Source: the human T2T-CHM13v2.0 reference genome, Homo sapiens
DNA: 64,000 bases
Strand: one strand, 5' to 3'
NCBI RefSeq assembly: GCF_009914755.1
Contig: NC_060928.1
Of this stretch, positions 1-17,360 are shown in pieces (within the stretch, counting starts at the first letter, position 1; each line of letters begins with the position of its first letter). Both the position numbers and the translations under genes were made by a program. The notes under the pieces were generated by a model, which was given only the letters and a program-made list of their open reading frames with translations, had not been told where the DNA came from and made no database searches.

Positions 1-399
1 TTGGGATGAGAACTAAAAGGGAGATTATGTTGACTAAAAGGAAATGAAATAAATGTCAGACATTTTGCACAACTGACTTTGCGATACAAGATTCAAACCT
101 CCCACAATCAGAAGAAAGTTTATAAATAATGCTAGAGGTAAGTTACATGGTTAATACTAATGAACAGAGAATAAGTGATTTGGAAGATTTTGGTGTTATG
201 AATGATGTTAAGGGTCCTTTAAAACCAAAAATACCATCTTAAAATAGCATTTTAATAAAATCATTTAATTCTACTAAGTTATTTATTTAAAACTTAGTAT
301 TTAAAAAATTTGTTATTTGAATGTCAATGTCATTAAGAAAATATTTTATTTTGGTTAACAATGCCTAAGCTTTCATTCTCAACATAAAAGTTAACAGTG

Positions 400-960
400 A
401 CCCATGAAACATATCAGATTAGTTAAGGCTTTTGTTCAGAACTCTCCAAAGGCTTTTCCTCTCATCCCAAAAAACTTCAAAGTTCTTACAAGCACCTAAA
501 AAATTCTACATGACCTGACCCTTAATTCACTTATATCTGACATCATCTTCTACTCCTCTTTGCCTTGCTTGGTGGTCTCTCGCTCCATTGGCCTCCTTAA
601 AAATGAAGCCGCATTCCCTCTTTAGGGTATTCCTCCTTTTGTTTTCTGTAATTAATTATCTCCCACTCCCCACATAGAAATCCAAATGCCAATTCCTGTC
701 AACTTTCTCAGGGTTATTCAATATCTGTTTTTCAATATGGTCTTCTTTGTCCACTTGTTAAAAATGGCAACCCCACTTCACTTCTCTCCTTTTGTTCTTC
801 TCCATAGCACATAAACGTATGATACTCATTTATTTTCTTATGCTGTATTTTCCCCCAGCAGAATGTAAGCTCCTTTTAACCAGGAGTAATTGTCCATGTG
901 GATCACTGCTATATTCCCAATGCGTGGAACGGTGCCTATGTGTGAATGGGTAGAGGATCT
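400..960 (+). mobile_element. L2 LINE 3' fragment (ancient)
   Basis: Degenerate L2 3' motifs: ctacatgacctgacc, catcatcttctactcctct, gaatgtaagctcc, tcactgctatattcccaatgcgtggaacggtgcct. Boundaries approximate. Confidence 0.6.
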
Positions 961-2229
961 CCCGTACATACAACCTATACACCTATAGTTTTTTGTTGTT
1001 GTTGTTGACGTTGTTTTATTCAGCATATTCTAACAATAACGAAAACATGTAAAATAGATGGCAATATCTACAGTTCTTAGCTGCCAAATATACAAGTCTA
1101 AATTTGAAAAACTAGGCAAATGTCAGCAAAAGTGTAAGAAAGCATCCAATTCTCTCTCTCTCAACTATTTGGCTTTCTTGAGATATTTGTTAACTCCAAC
1201 ATTAGTTTAAAGTTATTTTTGGCAGCAGAACTTTATTATGTTTTTTCAAATAGAATTATAAGCATCATCATAGTAGATAATTCAGAACAGACAAAGCTGA
1301 TGAAGTGGGTGAGCAGGATAGAGGTCATTAGAGCCCTGTTAGTCTCTGAGGCTTTGCCACGTTATATCAGGACTCCAAATATTACATGTTAAAAACCACT
1401 GGTGTTTTATATATTTATTGTTAAACTGATAATATTTACCTACCTCTTTCATTTTTTTGGTAATTTTTCCATCAGATTCCTTTTATCTGATATGTTTTCT
1501 TCCTTTCTTTCTGGTGGTTTATAATCAGTTTTGCTGATTCTGCTCAAATTCACTGTCTAAAATAGTAATAAGGCCAGGTTCTTAGTTTGTTGTTTTTGTT
1601 TTAGGTCAAGATCTGTCTTTCAAATTTTAGAGTCTGGATAATCCCATGGACTACTTCAGAATAATATTCTTAGATTCATAAAATAAAATGCATGAGGCTG
1701 AAATAAGGGCATTATTAAAATGTATATTTAAAAATTTTCTTTTATATATAAGGTATATGCTTCATTTGTAATACATTAAGTAATACAATCTAGTTTCTGC
1801 TTCATTTTGAAGTAGCGATATCTTTGACAACTTTATTATGATATTAATATCTGATTTTCCAGTTGATAAAGTCACAGGCGCTGCCAATAATGCTGTTTGT
1901 TGCCCATATTCGTAACTGAAGAAAGTCAGTGAAAATACAGTGTATATTTTTCTCATTCATGTGCATGGATCATGGCAATATTTCCCGTATCAATAATTCT
2001 TGGGATGGGGGAAATTAATGATTCAAAGCTACTTTACTAGAAATGAGAAAATAATTTTGCCATTGATTTTATTCTAGCTGATTGAACTTTTATCATTATA
2101 TAAAGATTTTCTACATTGAGAAAAATGCTTTTTGGTTTTAGTTTATATTGCCAAATATTCACATAGATACCCCACTTTTATGTAGCTGGCATTTTCATGG
2201 TTTCTTTTTTTTTATCACTTCAATTTTAT

Positions 2230-3780
2230 ACATTTTCATGGTCTTGTGTTTAAGATATGCACGTTACAATGGTATCTAGTTGACTGGAGTTTTTATATAT
2301 ATATTTCTATTGGAAGTATGTCTTAGAATATTATTTGATATCTATTGGACTATTATTTGCTATTTTCCACATGCTCTATTCTCTCTTTCTCTCACCCACA
2401 ATTCCACCCTTCCTTTCTACCTCTAGTCTTATTGTGAATTGAGTGTGTGCTTTTTAAAATCTTTTGTTCTAACTATGATATAGGAACAATATACTATTTC
2501 CATAATTTTGATTATTACCCAATAATTTAGAACTGAATAGTCTCTAAGGCATAACAATAACTTAATGCCCTTCAGAATAGTAAAAGTTTCTGTATCCATC
2601 ACCCGACCTGAATGCTACCACACTCAGTATTTTGATTTAGTCTTTAATACCATAATTTAAATATTGTAATTGTTATTACTAGTATTCTGCTTGTTTGTTT
2701 AAATTTACCTACATGTTAACCAATTTCTCTGTTTACCCTTCCTTCCAGTATATTAGCCTCCTTTATAGTATGTTTTATTACTAAGAAAACTTCCCTTTAA
2801 CATAGATCTATTACTGGTAATTGCTTATAGTTTTATTTTCCCCTTTTTATGTGTATTTTTCTCATGTAATTGAAAGATAGCTTGCTCTATAGAAAATTCT
2901 AGTATTCTCATTTCCCTTTGACTAAAAATTATCTTTTGTCTTCTTTTGTCACACTTCACAAATCTTCATCCAGGAATCTGTAATCTGTTATCCCATTGTA
3001 GATTACCTGTCTTTTTTCTAAGCGCTTTCATAATTCTATATTTGTTTTTGGCATTTCACAGTTTTACTACATACAAATTTATTTTCATTCATCCTACTTG
3101 GTACAAATTGTGATTTCCGTATTAGTTATTAATGCTTTTCATTGAGTCTGGAAATTCCTCAATCATTAATTCTTTATCTTGTCATCTTCCTGTTTTCTCC
3201 TTCTGGAACTCAGAGTAGAGAATGTGAGGCTTTCTAAATACTCCTTACCATTTTTTCATATTTTCAATTTTCTGGTGTTCCTGGAGTACCTTCTATATAA
3301 CTTCTTCACATTTTCTTTTCATTTCCCTAAACCCCTCCTCAGCTCTCTGAAATCTGTTCTTTAACTCATTCAATTCATTTTCCAAATTTTAAAATAGTAT
3401 CTATCTGGCTTTTTGCCAAATCTTTCTTGTGCCTTCTATTCTTTCTCACTGTTTGTTTTTAATAATTTCATTTTACAATAATATGTCTTCTTTTACATTA
3501 TTCTTTAAAAACATTCATTCTAAATGCTAATTTTATGCTCTCTGATAATTCTGATATCTGACATCTTTGAAGGACTAATTATACTATTTGTGTTCTACTA
3601 ATTCTCACTAATGATCCATCCTTCACTCTTTGATACCTTTTGGTTATGAACTCTTAATAGGCTGATCTTATAAGTGGAAATTCAGGGTCTAAATTTCAGA
3701 CTCTGTCCTCTACATGGATTTTGCATTTGTTTCTTTTAGAAGTCAAAAGTAACTACTAAGCCAGGACCACATTATCTCCT
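2230..3780 (-). mobile_element. Old L1M/HAL1-like fragment
   Basis: T-rich plus strand with antisense L1 ORF1-region motifs (ttctatatttgtttttggcatttcacagttttactac; tctggaaattcctcaatcattaattct; ttctccttctggaactc). Boundaries approximate. Confidence 0.5.
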
Positions 3781-4229
3781 TTGCATCTGCCTTGGCTTAA
3801 TCTGAAGATTTCAGATACTGCTCGTCTGCCTTATCCACTAGCCAAATACTTCATTTCATTGCTGAAATACTGACATACACACTTGTTTTTTCAGGGAAAC
3901 CTATTTTTAGTACGTTTCCTCACTTCTCAGATGCCATCACTTCTCCGATTTCATTTTTCATCTCCACTCTTTCTCTCCTTCTTTGATATTTATTTCTTGT
4001 TACCAATGGAATACAATGAAAATTATGTTTTTGCAGTGTAAATGACTATTAAGAACATCTATTTTAAATGTTATTTCAAAACTATTTTTAAGGCAAAGCA
4101 TAATAAACCTTAGATACTGACTTTTATATAAATGAGGGTAGAAGAAATAATTAACAAATGAAATTTGTTATTAACCCAGTATAAAATTCAGAAGTAGTAT
4201 TGAATGTTACAAAATGACACTGTGAGATC

Positions 4230-4420
4230 ATTACTTCCTTGGTTACTCTCTCTCTAAAATTAAGCGATTGACTTTCCTCTGTAAGCTTTGGTTTTAGAAC
4301 TCTGAAATGGGGAAACTAATAATACACAACTTATATTATTTTATATTTGTTCTCAGTTCTGTTCCACCTAGTAAATGCTCAATATGGGGTAGCCATTATT
4401 TGTCACTATTATCATTACTT
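4230..4420 (+). mobile_element. MIR fragment
   Basis: MIR core-like tctgaaatggggaaactaataatacacaact and 3' end tagtaaatgctcaatatggggtagccattatt. Confidence 0.5.
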
Positions 4421-5314
4421 GTTAGATAATGCAGAGATAAGAAAAGGAAAGAACAGGGAGAATACCAGAACAGCAAGAAAGTTGATCAGGAACAAAAATT
4501 CAGTTGTATGTGGTGTAAGATAAAAAGAGAGCAGGAAACTGAGAGAAACAGAGAGATAAAAGGAAACATAAACAAGCATAAAGGCTCTTGAAATAAGTTA
4601 TAGCAAAAAAGAGGTCTTTTGGTTCAGACAGAATAGAGCAGATACAAATAAGGAAAACTGAATTACGGAGAAACAAATTAAGAGAAAAATAAGAAGGCAG
4701 TGAGAGACTGTAGGTACTGAGTTGAATTATATTTGTAAATATTTATACTTAAGTCACTGGGTTTCAAAAAAAAGTAAATATCACTGATTATAACATTTCT
4801 TTGAATTCAGGTTATTTCTAAAGTATTTTCAATTATTTATGAATGTTATTACAGGCTTCTTCAATTCATTTTTCTATTTATATAATTCAATTATATAAAA
4901 CAATATTTAGTATTTTAAATATCTACTTTTACAAGAAAAAAACATTAAAATGTATATTCTTAAGAAGGTCAAATTATACCTAACTGGCCAATTTTTTAAA
5001 TTCAGTTGTATTAATTTATTTCTACTGCCTATTCTGTAATTGTCTGAACTTACAGCAAAGGTCATGTTTGTAATTATTATCAGCAGTGGAAAAAAAAGAA
5101 AACCCAGAGAATCTCTATATAGTTTGATTCAATCATTGGAGAAAACATATAATAAGAATCAAAACACAGAATATAGTTTCCAGGAAGACAGAAGCTACAT
5201 TTTATATGTGTTCATGGCCATAAAATCTATTGAAATGTTTGACATATATGAATAAACAAATGCATGAATAAAGCACTGAATATATAGGAAGGTAAGAAAA
5301 GTGGGAGGAAAACA

Positions 5315-5545
5315 GACATTTATGGAATGCCTGGCAAGATGTATTCAACATCTCTCTTTTGTGTGCCATTTAATATGCATAACTGTCTTATTTGATAGGA
5401 ATTACCCTGCCCATTTTCAGACTAAACTGAAGTTCAGGGACTCTTAGTAACTCACTCAAGGTCACATTGATATTCAGTAGTATATTCAAGTTTCCTATTA
5501 TAGTTTGCTAGGTTTCAAACCCATTAACTTTCCACTACATTTTAC
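5315..5545 (-). mobile_element. MIR
   Basis: Antisense MIR core cccattttcagactaaactgaagttcagggactcttagtaactcactcaaggtcaca. Confidence 0.6.
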
Positions 5546-5729
5546 TACATCACCAGTACAAAAATATAATTCTCATAATTAAGTAATTAGATACCTTATT
5601 AAGCTTCAGAAATCTATCATTATTAATACAGATTCAGCAACTCACTTACTATGAAGGATTATTTTCTAGGCTGCAACTTACCTCACCTTATTCAAATTCA
5701 ATTGAATATAGTATATGGAAAACTGCACA

Positions 5730-5870
5730 AGCAGTCCTGAAAACAAGTTTCTAGTCCTACTTATGGCATCAGCTAGCAACATGGCTTTGGAAAATTTACC
5801 TAATCTTTACTATCTATTATTAAATATTTTGTAAAATAAGATTTAAACTAAAATGTCCCCAATAATCAGT
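5730..5870 (+). mobile_element. MIR/MIR3 fragment
   Basis: ttctagtcctac...ctagcaacatggctttggaaaatttacctaatct...tgtaaaataag resembles the MIR core. Confidence 0.4.
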
Positions 5871-6312
5871 TCAGATAATTTAAAAACTTCATCAATATTT
5901 TCATCCTGTAAAACCAACTATAAATCATAGCACTTTGTAAATTAAACATCTGAGTGTCATATGCCTACCTGTCCATTCCCAGTGCATTTCACATGCCTTT
6001 TCATCACTTAACACTCTTTTCCTAATGGAAAATCCATCTATTTCTTGATGTCTAATTGCTTTCATGGTAGACATAATCCTTGCTTGAGTTGACATTTGTG
6101 CATAGGGTCACTGACTAAAATTTGTTCTACTCAAATTCTAAAAGTCATTACAATTTGTAATTATGCTTTTGTATACCTTCTTTTCTCATTTTAATCATAG
6201 TGCCTATGAAGAATTCACATAGAATTTGAAATGAGTTGGTAACCAAAGTTTAGTGGCTGGTAGTAATTCACATTAATTCTAAGTCCATGATATATCCTGT
6301 GCATATTTGTAT

Positions 6313-7112
<800 letters not shown>

Positions 7113-7139
7113 GTATGTGTGTGAATATATAAGTATTCA

Positions 7140-8617
<1,478 letters not shown>

Positions 8618-8979
8618 TGTACTAATCCATTCTCACACTGCTATAAGGACATTTCCAAGACAGGGTAACTTACGAAGAAAAAGAGATTTAATGGACTCAC
8701 AGTTCCACATGGCTGGGGAGGCCTCACAATCGTGGCGGAAAGTCAAGGGGGAGCAAAGGCCCATCTTAGTAGGTGGCAGGCAAGAGAGCATGTGCAGGGG
8801 AACTGACCTTTAGAAAACCATCAGATCTTGTGAGACTTATTCATTATCATGAGAAATGCATGGGAAAAACCTGCCCCATGATTCAATTACCTCCCGCTGG
8901 GTGCCTCCCATGACACATGGGGATTATGGGAGCTACAATTCAAGATGAGATTTGGGTGGGGACACAGCAAACCATATCA
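8618..8979 (-). mobile_element. THE1 (C/D-like) 5' LTR
   Basis: tgtactaatccattctcacactgct ... gagatttgggtggggacacagcaaaccatatca, directly adjoining the internal sequence. Confidence 0.88.
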
Positions 8980-8980
8980 G

Positions 8981-9290
8981 GGTGTGATATAAAGAGAGGT
9001 TGGTTAATGGGTACAAACATTCAGTTAGGTAGAAGGAAGAAATTCTAATGTTGAATAGTAGAGTAGGCTGACTATAGTTAACAACAATGTATTATACATT
9101 TCAAAATAGCGAAGTGAGGACTTCAAAAGGTCTCCACACATAGAAATGATAAATGTACATAGTGATGAATATCTTAAACACCTGACTTGATCATTACATA
9201 TCAAGTTAACAGGCCCATGTAACACAATATCACATGGACTGCATAAATATTTACAAATACTATGTATCAATAAACTTTTTTAAAATAAAT
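8981..9290 (+). mobile_element. L1MA-type 3' end
   Basis: gagaggttggttaatgggtacaaa...gactatagttaacaacaatgtattatacatttcaaaatagc...tatgtatcaataa is a typical L1MA 3' UTR. Confidence 0.8.
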
Positions 9291-12200
9291 ACTTTAAAAA
9301 ATCAATGTAATGTAGATATCATACATTGCCTTGAGAAAATAAAGTAAAAGAAACACTATTGTGAGGAAATATCAGGAAATATTCATATAATAATGTTAAA
9401 ACTAAAAATATATTTTCACCAAATTTGGTATATAGAAACTTGTTTCAGACAAGTGAGTCAACATTTTTGCTGATTTAAACTTTTTATTTTCTTTTTACTC
9501 TCAAAATCAACACGCTGCGTTTTATTGACTGATATAAGGTATATAATAAAGAAAACATGGAAACAGAGGAAAAAGTAAAATAACTCTTTTTTTGTTGTTG
9601 TTTTAATGCACTTGTTGCAAGAATGTTTAAAAATTGTTATATTTTATTCTAAAAGTCACATATCCTTACTATAAAATATCAGTAAAATACTTATAAAAAG
9701 GAAAATTAAAGGTTATTTTAATTGTACAGCCTATTCTCATTTTTTTTCTTCCAAGGCTTTATTCTAAGTACATGTATCTTTTAGATTCATGTACATGCAT
9801 ATAATATAGTTTACATTGCATATTTATATTTTACATAGCATTTAACAGTATATATTTTGCAAGGCATTTAATAACATTAACTTCAATAATCATGAATGTG
9901 TGTGATTCCAACCTGTCGCTATACCATAATATTTTTAAATATTCCAAGAAGGAATAATATTTGTGTTTCCAATTAAACATTTCTATCAATGGTATTTTAA
10001 ATATAAAACACTGAGATAAAAACAGAGATGCTTAATTTTATGGCAGTCATTTACATATTATTATTGTTACCTGAGAGCTGTTCTTAGTTTTTCTTGAATT
10101 CCAAAGGAAAGGGAATAAATTTTTAAATATGATAGCATAAAAGAGGCCTAATTCATTTTATATGTAGAGAAAAGTATAATTTATTTACTAACAGTGTAGA
10201 AAGGAAGCAAAATACTTAGAAAATTCAGGAGACCATATATTTTAGATCTGGTGGTTGGTAAGGAATAAATGTATTGAGAAAGTAATACTGGAAGTCGCAA
10301 AATGAGAAGAATTTTGAGGTAATTTCTGGAAGCTTCATCCTTTTTTGTTTCTTTTCATATTCTACTAGCTAATCCAAAAGTGTACTCATTCACAATAAAA
10401 ATAAATATTTTAAGACAAAATGTGATTTATCAGTATATTTATTTTAAGATCACACTTTCTTTTAAACCTTATTTTCACTGACTTAGTTAATTAAGATAGT
10501 TTTGCATATTTCAATAAACAGCACATATTTATTATATTCACTTAACTAAGTTTATGTATATTTTCAAATAAAAAACTACTTTGGTTTTTAGTATCTATCA
10601 GAGATCATTGTAATTTTTCTCCACAGGCTTCATATAGCTTGTGAAAAAACAATAACTTCACCACCAACACCCATTCACTATCATGTATCTATGATCAATC
10701 TACTGTGTTCTTGTTATAGAGGAAAGGGCATACACTACAGTGACCTCAGAGGGAGATAAACACCACTGCAGTTCGTATACCTGGCTCCTCTTCCTGCCTA
10801 CAGATAAATCTCTGCCAAGGTGAAGTGGGAAGGAAATAGGAAAGAAAAGCCAGTGGAGAACCACTTTTCTTATCAATTCCATTAACAAAATACAAAGATT
10901 CAGAATCTGAAGTCAGTAGACAGTAAATCACTTCACAGCTAACTTCATGTTCACAGAAGCCCTGTGAAAGATTATCAAACAAGAATTCCTTTTCCTGCAT
11001 GTTCACAGAGTAGAGATAAGCGTAGGATTTTTCGCTAACTCCTTGCTGAAAAATTAATGAGCATTCAGATAATAAGCTCATTTTTTTCCCAAGCCAAATC
11101 AGGAAGTTACTTTCTTTCATTCTAGCAGCACAAAGTGAAGCTGGAACCAGATAATATTTGAACCAGATAATTTAATTTTGTAAATATTCCAATAAATGTT
11201 TTCTTTATTTTTTTCCATTTTGAGGGAAAAAAAACAACAACTAAGAATTTCTCCTTCATATGATGCTTTGAGAGAACTGTTGAATAATAAACCTTAACTC
11301 CAACTAAGGGGTTAATATTTTCGGTCTTTGGATGAAATATGATGGTTGTTAAAGGAAGAGTAGTGATGCTTAGCACTGGAGAGTTAACAGGCCCATATTT
11401 CTTAGAAAACTAGATAAAACAAATGGGTTTAAGTGATATCTGAATAATTTTAAGTAAATTTTAAAAAAATCTTTTAAGATTGTCTTCACAACAATATGTA
11501 AGAAGTAGAGAAATTCATTGTTTTGAAATGGTTCAGAGGTGAAAAATGCAATATATATTTCCAAATCTCAAACTCTGAGCTGCGCATTTCTCAGAAACCA
11601 CTTGGCAGTATAATTATAAACTAAACTCATATTACATTATCTGAATTACTTTCTATAATATCCATTCCTTGTTATATATCTCCTCCTTGAAACATTTCTC
11701 CTTTATATATTTTAAATACTGCATTGCTCATAATTATAGAGATACTTAACATTTAGGCTTTATGGAAAATAAAACATCTTAAAAGTGATTACGTTCTAAT
11801 TTGTCTAATAGCATGAATTCTAAGTCTATATTATTTATAAGAAATAATATTCATCTGAGCTGATCCTTCTCCTCCCCCTCATGCACCAGTGGTAAGTACG
11901 TGACCCAGAATGAGCCATCTAGTATACCTCGCCACAGTAATTTTCTCCAGGGTAGGAATAAAATTGGGTCAAGACACAAAATAATTATTTCTTCCTTGGC
12001 TATTTTGTAGTGAAGTCCTATTTTTTTTTTTTGGTCAAATGTATGAACAAAAAGAGAAATCTAGACTTGATCCCAAGATTCTGACTAAAATTTAGCTATC
12101 CTTGAAGCCAGAAGTCTCCTAGAGGTTTCAGTTTATGTAGCGCAATATATACTCTACTTGTGTAAGCAACATGGGTTCAGGATTTTGGCACTTATAAAGA

Positions 12201-12934
12201 AAAATCACTGTGTAATGAAAGAGGAATTAAACTTATATGTGGAATTCCAGGAATATGAGCCAAGAAGTGAGAAAAGATAGTTTTTTGCTTTGTTTTGATT
12301 CTAAAGATGGTGCTCCCAAGCTGTCATTGTTAGATCTTCCCTATGTCAAATACAGATTTTTAAACATGTAGTTACCCAATTATCACTCTTGTTGGGCATC
12401 ATCTGTATTTCCTCATGAAGAATACCACTGTATTTCATACATTTTGGTAAGAACAGCTTGCGACTTATGGAGAAACACAACACTTTTGGCCTAAAGAGAT
12501 AAATTACTCACCTTGAACATCTTGAGGAAAGGTGTGTAAATGCACTCTTTTAAAAAATGTAGCATATAAAATATAAATTTTATACTTATTTATTTGATCT
12601 CTCTGATCAAGAATTTTCCAAAGCATTCTTCTCAGATGGTGATAAAAGTAGTTGGTAACCACATCTGTCTTTTAACCTCCTTTTAGTGGATTTGCATGTG
12701 AAATACGGCAGGTTTACAGCGTATGAGTAAAGGAATGGAAATGACAATTAGACATAGACATTTCATTTTTATGGTGTTTGTGGTATTTTCCTATTAAAAA
12801 AAACATAGGTCCTTGATTGACTGTTTAATATTTACTGAGTACCAATATGAGCTCAGTGATATACTTTATTACTGCACTTTGAGATCTCTATGTTTGTACT
12901 GCTTCTACTCACTTTGAAAAGAGCATAATCTCTG

Positions 12935-13013
12935 TTGCCATTGCATCCCATTCTAGGAGACAGAGCAAGACTTTGTCTCAAAAAAAAAAAAAAAAAGAAA
13001 AGAAAGGAAAAAA
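12935..13013 (+). mobile_element. Severely 5'-truncated Alu (last ~45 nt plus tail)
   Basis: gccattgcatcccattctaggagacagagcaagactttgtctc + A-tail. TSD gaaaagagcataatc(t/g)ctg at 12916-12934 and 13014-13032. Confidence 0.85.
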
Positions 13014-13044
13014 GAAAAGAGCATAATCGCTGGATCAAATGTAC

Positions 13045-13086
13045 TTAGAATATTTGTTGCTAATTTTAGAATATTTGTTGCTAATT
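13045..13086. repeat. Perfect 21-bp tandem duplication
   Basis: ttagaatatttgttgctaatt occurs twice in direct succession. Confidence 0.9.
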
Positions 13087-13759
13087 TCAGCTAGCAAATG
13101 CAGCCATGGCATATTGATATTGTTAAATATAGACATTGTTACAATGAACATGTAGATAATAATATTTCATTGTTTCCTTTATGTATCTGTGTGGAAATTT
13201 TTCAAGCAATAGGCTGTAAAAAATTAAGTGCTTTTGTTGACTAAAAATAAACTGTGTCAACAGCAATGGGAAGTTAAGGTAAATATATTTGGAAACAAAA
13301 ACTTTCAATGAGGGTTTCCTATGTGCCAGTTTCTGTTCTACCTAGGTGCTTTTGCATAGAATTCTTATATCTTATTCTGCAATTCTGGTAATGGGAGATG
13401 GATTCAAGAAAATAGATTAGATGGGGGGAAAAGGAAAGAAAATAAAGGAATCACAAAGAAAGTAATATAATGTTTCCAAGGAGGCCAGTCTCCTCAGATA
13501 TTTCTTTTCTATCCCTGACTATGGCATTAGAATGAATTGACTTTCGAAAAATGTTGAGAGGAAAGATGAAATAAGTCAATTGGACTTAAAGACTAATTTT
13601 TCAAGAAAGCTTATAGCACAGTGGAAATATGAGATCATTAGAAATATGCTTTTAGTAGTTGTATCTAAACTGATAAGGATAGTACAATTCAGGCATATGG
13701 TTTGGGGAGAAAATGAGATATGCTAAGATCTTAATACAATATTTCTACAGCCAGATTTT

Positions 13760-14270
13760 TCAGTGAGGATTCAGTCAAGGAAACAGAATCACTATGAGTA
13801 TTATGGATGAGAGATTCACTATATAAATTTGACCTTTTACCTTTATGGAAGTAGCTGGGGCAGCAAAAGGCTGGGAGAGAAATTAGAGAAACAGAGAAAT
13901 TGCTAACCAATCAATCTGAAAAGATAAGCATGTCCAGGCACAAATGTGGGACTGAGAAAGAAAACCTCATGGTGAGATCTACAAGAAGCGGCTGCTCTGT
14001 GTAGCTGTCATCTCTGTGGGTCCATGGCTAAGCATGTGGTATGGGCCTGGAGCCATGTTGGTTGATGCAATTAGAAAGAAGAACTGAGAAGAGCAAGGAG
14101 AAGTTGGAACCCATCGGTGTGTGACAACCTTCAGGGAGTAAGGATCCCTGCTTCTCTCCCATTTTCCAAATCTTATGTACACATTGCTTTTAGCCAACTC
14201 TAACCTAGAACCCTACAGGGAAAGGGATTCTGAAAAACATAGTTCCAGCTTAATAACATCAACAGAGTCC
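13760..14270. mobile_element. Ancient LTR fragment (LTR78/LTR79-like)
   Basis: Ends gccaactctaacctagaaccctacagggaaagggattctgaaaaacatagttccagctt, which resembles old ERVL/MaLR-class LTR termini. Family uncertain. Confidence 0.35.
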
Positions 14271-14619
14271 AAAACATGACCAAGGTTTGAATATCAAGTT
14301 GTCTAAAACTGACCTTTAGAGAAGAAAATCAACCAAAGGGAGTGTATAACCTTGAACAATGCATGCAGAAAAGCACATACCGAGTAGAGGATATATACAA
14401 CACTTTAACTTGACTAAAGACAATCCATTTTGACCAAAATTTTGGTGTTTATATATGTATAGCTATTGACTGTGACTATGAAAGTGTTGTTCATAAAAAC
14501 TGACTCCAGGAAAGGCAATGTCACACACAAAACCAAAGTACAAATGATTAGAGAAGAGCAGTTTTCCTGACTAGACAAAGAAAAGCTGCTTGTATTTAGC
14601 ATTAAAACATAAAGAATGA

Positions 14620-15071
<452 letters not shown>

Positions 15072-16772
15072 TGGAATGACACACTTTTAAATATCATTGT
15101 CTGAGAAGAAAATTACTAGCATGGGAGGACAATACAGATTCCACGGACTGAACAATGACAAAACAGACAACTGGTAGAGCATAGGGCATCTAGTTAGCTA
15201 TCTTTTGCTACAACATTGGAATAGTTCTTGATAAAGAGAAATGAGCCACTAAACAGAAGAAGACTATTATTTGAAAAAAATCGTAATAAATATCCCTCTA
15301 TATTAACCTTTTAGTTAATTCATGATATTTTACTTACTGTGTTATTACAGATTATTTTAGAATTTGCATTTAATTATGAAGTACAATTTGAAGTAATCCA
15401 TTTGTTATTAAAATACAAAACCCCTTATCCAAGTGGAAATAACCATTTCAAAATAATCTTGATGTACTTATTGGTAATTGCTTACCAACTGGTTCACTGA
15501 CATTTAGCTGACTCAAACATGAACTGGTCATAATGGGTGTCTCTCTTAGAATACAATTTTATATGTGTTGCTGCATACTGTTAGAAAATTACTAGCAGTT
15601 TCCTTAAACATTTCCAACTGTTCTATCTCCCCTCCTTCATCACAGAAGTTGGAAGACTAATGCTACATTGTCATTCTCCATTGCAGGCAGAGTTCAATAT
15701 CTATTGAAATTTTATAAATAAGAAATACTCATGAGATTTGAAAGAAAGTAAAGCTTAGAACAGCCTAGCAAGTAAGATCTGGCATATATGAATATTTGTA
15801 GCTGACTGCATATTTTTGTATTTAGCCACAAGTTTCATAGTTGTGAGCCAAACATAGAAGACGCAATGGTGATAGCTATACCTGAGCCATGTGGGCTCCC
15901 CATCTTTCAACCAATATTGTAACCAAATACTTCCTCTATTGGCTTGTTCCTGATTGAAATACCTGAAAGGCATTCTTACACTAGTTTCGTACATTAAACT
16001 TTGACAGGTACACATGAGCCTCTTTGAATCACTACTAGGTCACATATATGTCAACTGGAATCCTAATCAACTACCACAGGAGAAACTAAATTATAATTAT
16101 TTTAACACAATTATTTGCTTCATTGAGAGGAAAAGGGTCCCGCTGGACTGTAGGATAGTGACTATACAGTAGTACGTTTCAAACATCAAAGTATCCTAAG
16201 AACGTAAACAATAAGGCTTGCCTTAAACTTAATGTTACTTTTCCTCAATTTCCCCAAATCACCTGTGCCTTCCTTATCTTATAAGCAAGACAAGATATGT
16301 GCAAGCCTATTGGAACACTCCTAAGCAATAATTATGAGTGAATTTCAACAATTATACTTGCAGGCATATAAAGGTCATGTGATAGTACCTCTCACCACCC
16401 CCCCCAAAAAATGTGTATATATGTTTAACTCTGCAATTGTAAATATGGAAAGAAATTGGTAAAACATATTTAAAATAAATCAATTATTTGTCAATTATAT
16501 GTTTTACTATTGTGCTTTACTTAGGTTTAGTATTAATAACTCATTTGATATTGTTGATAAGCTTATTTCTACACAGCATACAATGTCCCCACTTGCCTTA
16601 CTCTCTGGCTTCCCTCAGTTTAAATTAATAATGTTTATCAAGTAAAGACTTCATCTGACCACATCCTGAGCAAGGTACTCAACACACTGATATCTCATAC
16701 ATAGCCGCTGATAGGCTATGCAGTTAGTCTCGCTGAAGCCCTGGTATTTGATGCATAGAAAAGCCCTCCATG

Positions 16773-17092
16773 GGCCAGGCGCGGTGGCTCACGCCTATAA
16801 TCCCAGCACTTTGGGTGGCTGAGGCGGGCGGATCACGAGGTCAGGAGTTTGAGACCAGCCTGACCAACATGGTGAAACCTCATCTCTACTAAAAGTACAA
16901 AAATTAGCCGGGCTTGGTGGCACAGGCCTGTAGTCTCAGCTACTTGGGAGGCTGAGGCAGGAGAATCACTTACACCCGGGCAGTGGAAGTTCCAGTGTGC
17001 TGAGATCTCGCGACTGAACTGCACTGCACTCCAGCCCAAGGGACAGAGCAAGACTCTGTCTCCAAAAAAAAAAGGAAAAAAAAAAAGAAAAA
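16773..17092 (+). mobile_element. AluS (Sg-like)
   Basis: ggccaggcgcggtggctcacgcc...gatcacgaggtcaggagttt. TSD agaaaagccctcc. Confidence 0.93.
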
Positions 17093-17360
17093 AGAAAAGC
17101 CCTCCCTGGTCTACCACCTTTTCCTTCTCTCTTCCACCACTACCCCTCTCACTATCATGTTGCTACATCTTCGTAACTGGATTTCTACCAGCTTGGATTT
17201 CTCTACTCAGCACTTGTATGCTCAAATTCTGACACTTCACCAATCAAAGGCAAGCTGGTTGAAGTTCTAACCCTCAATCTTCCTTTTGCCAGCCGCTTCC
17301 CCAAAATTGTGTTTCTTCAGCAGTGGCCCTATTCTAAGCAGACTGGTCCACTATTACCTG

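Noticed and set aside
10746-11120. 124-aa ORF in non-repeat DNA
   Set aside because: No recognisable homology, motif or supporting exon structure. The length is compatible with chance in a six-frame scan of 64 kb. A BLASTP/PhyloCSF check would settle it.
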